Assembly: GCA_044226015.1 (NCBI GenBank)
Contig: JBGAHS010000004.1
Span: forward strand, 256,001-320,000
Reading direction: 5' to 3'
Source: Candidatus Obscuribacteraceae bacterium
Lineage (GTDB): Bacteria > Cyanobacteriota > Vampirovibrionia > Obscuribacterales > Obscuribacteraceae
DNA length: 64,000 nt
Position numbers and translations under genes: made by a program. This document shows positions 63,189 to 64,000 of this stretch, in pieces. Below the pieces are notes generated by a model. It was not told the origin of the DNA. It searched no databases and saw nothing but the letters and a program-made list of their open reading frames with translations. Positions within the stretch are counted from its first letter, which is position 1, and the number at the start of each line of letters is the position of its first letter.

Positions 63189-63425
63189 TATGCATTCGGT
63201 ATTGAATGTAAATAAAATTGAGTATGACTGTATTTGTATGAGAGGCTGATTTGAGGTGTCCAGCAAGCAGTTCCAGATTTGCTTTGTTTTATTTAATGAT
63301 CATTACTGACACATCATCTAAAGAAATCTGAATGTGCAGATCGCTGGTAACAGCTCGTTTGCCTGGTTATCATGTAGGTCGAAGTCACTACCAATTTCAA
63401 TAAAGAGCGGACGATTTTGGCTGTT

Positions 63426-64000
63426 ATGTTGAGTGGATATCGGTTTGAAATGATCATCGGCTGTATGAGCGCTGGTAAGTCCAGCGAGCTTATTCGCCGA
63501 GTGGAACGTGCGCGCTTGGCATATTTGCCGACCGTGATTTTTAGACCTGGCACTGATACTCGTTCAAAGCCAGATTCTGTTGAGTCCAGAAATGGTCTGC
63601 AATCGCACGCCATTGTGGTTGAGAATCCAAAAGACATGCTGAAGTATTCCTCACAGGCTGTCGTTATTGGAATTGATGAAGTTCAGTTTTTCGATAACAG
63701 TGTTGTAGACGTGATACTTACGCTGTTGAAACAGCGCAAAAAGATTATCGCTTCCGGTCTAGACCTCGATTATCGCGGCAAACCCTTTGGACCTGTGCCT
63801 GAGCTGCTCGCCCATGCAGACCGCGTGGACAAACTCATGGCCGTATGCCGCAAGTGTGGCTCAGATTTTGCGTGCAGAACTCAAAGAACAGTGCAGGCAA
63901 GTGAGCAGATTCTCGTGGGTGATTCGGAATACGAAGCTCGTTGTCTTGATTGTTTTGATCCACCCTCTGAGTTTCAATTGAAAATTAACCTGCAGCAAAC
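63426..64000 (+). CDS. tdk: Thymidine kinase (runs off the right edge of the window)
   Basis: Manual translation gives GCMSAGKSSELIRR, IGIDEVQFF, SGLDLDYRGKPFG, AVCRKCG and YEARCLDC. Confidence 0.95.
   Translation, partial: MLSGYRFEMIIGCMSAGKSSELIRRVERARLAYLPTVIFRPGTDTRSKPDSVESRNGLQSHAIVVENPKDMLKYSSQAVVIGIDEVQFFDNSVVDVILTLLKQRKKIIASGLDLDYRGKPFGPVPELLAHADRVDKLMAVCRKCGSDFACRTQRTVQASEQILVGDSEYEARCLDCFDPPSEFQLKINLQQ

Overview
Bacterial chromosomal window. The abundance of TPR proteins and membrane Ser/Thr kinases suggests a non-photosynthetic cyanobacterial relative such as Melainabacteria, but this is low-confidence inference. Left to right: (1) a minus-strand metB-lysC operon preceded by a Met-rich leader ORF with protector, antiterminator and terminator hairpins, i.e. 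an apparent methionine-sensing ribosome-mediated attenuator; (2) arsR-arsI; (3) a decayed, composite ~18 kb island ending at the 3' end of tRNA-fMet, with gene fragments, a truncated tyrosine integrase, an HTH/PIN toxin-antitoxin pair, a RIT element with an internally duplicated RitB and a broken, partly inverted RitC, and candidate defence nucleases including a 1359-aa HigA-HTH fusion; (4) dtd, tRNA-Gly, hisC, a Q/P-rich repeat protein and an SPL-type radical SAM gene; (5) an 11-gene, tightly coupled, non-NRPS/PKS biosynthetic cluster (acyl-CoA ligase, ICMT-type methyltransferase, atypical KAS III, AurF-like diiron enzyme, two carrier proteins, amino acid:carrier protein ligase, TPR protein, reductase, PPTase, second diiron protein); (6) an RND efflux pair, gluconokinase, tandem kinases, hppD-hmgA, a probable 6S-like ncRNA, an FAD monooxygenase, a degenerate aspartase-like protein and tdk. 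The best candidates for new biology are the Met attenuator, the biosynthetic cluster and the HigA-fusion defence candidate. All calls come from reading motifs by eye; no searches were run.
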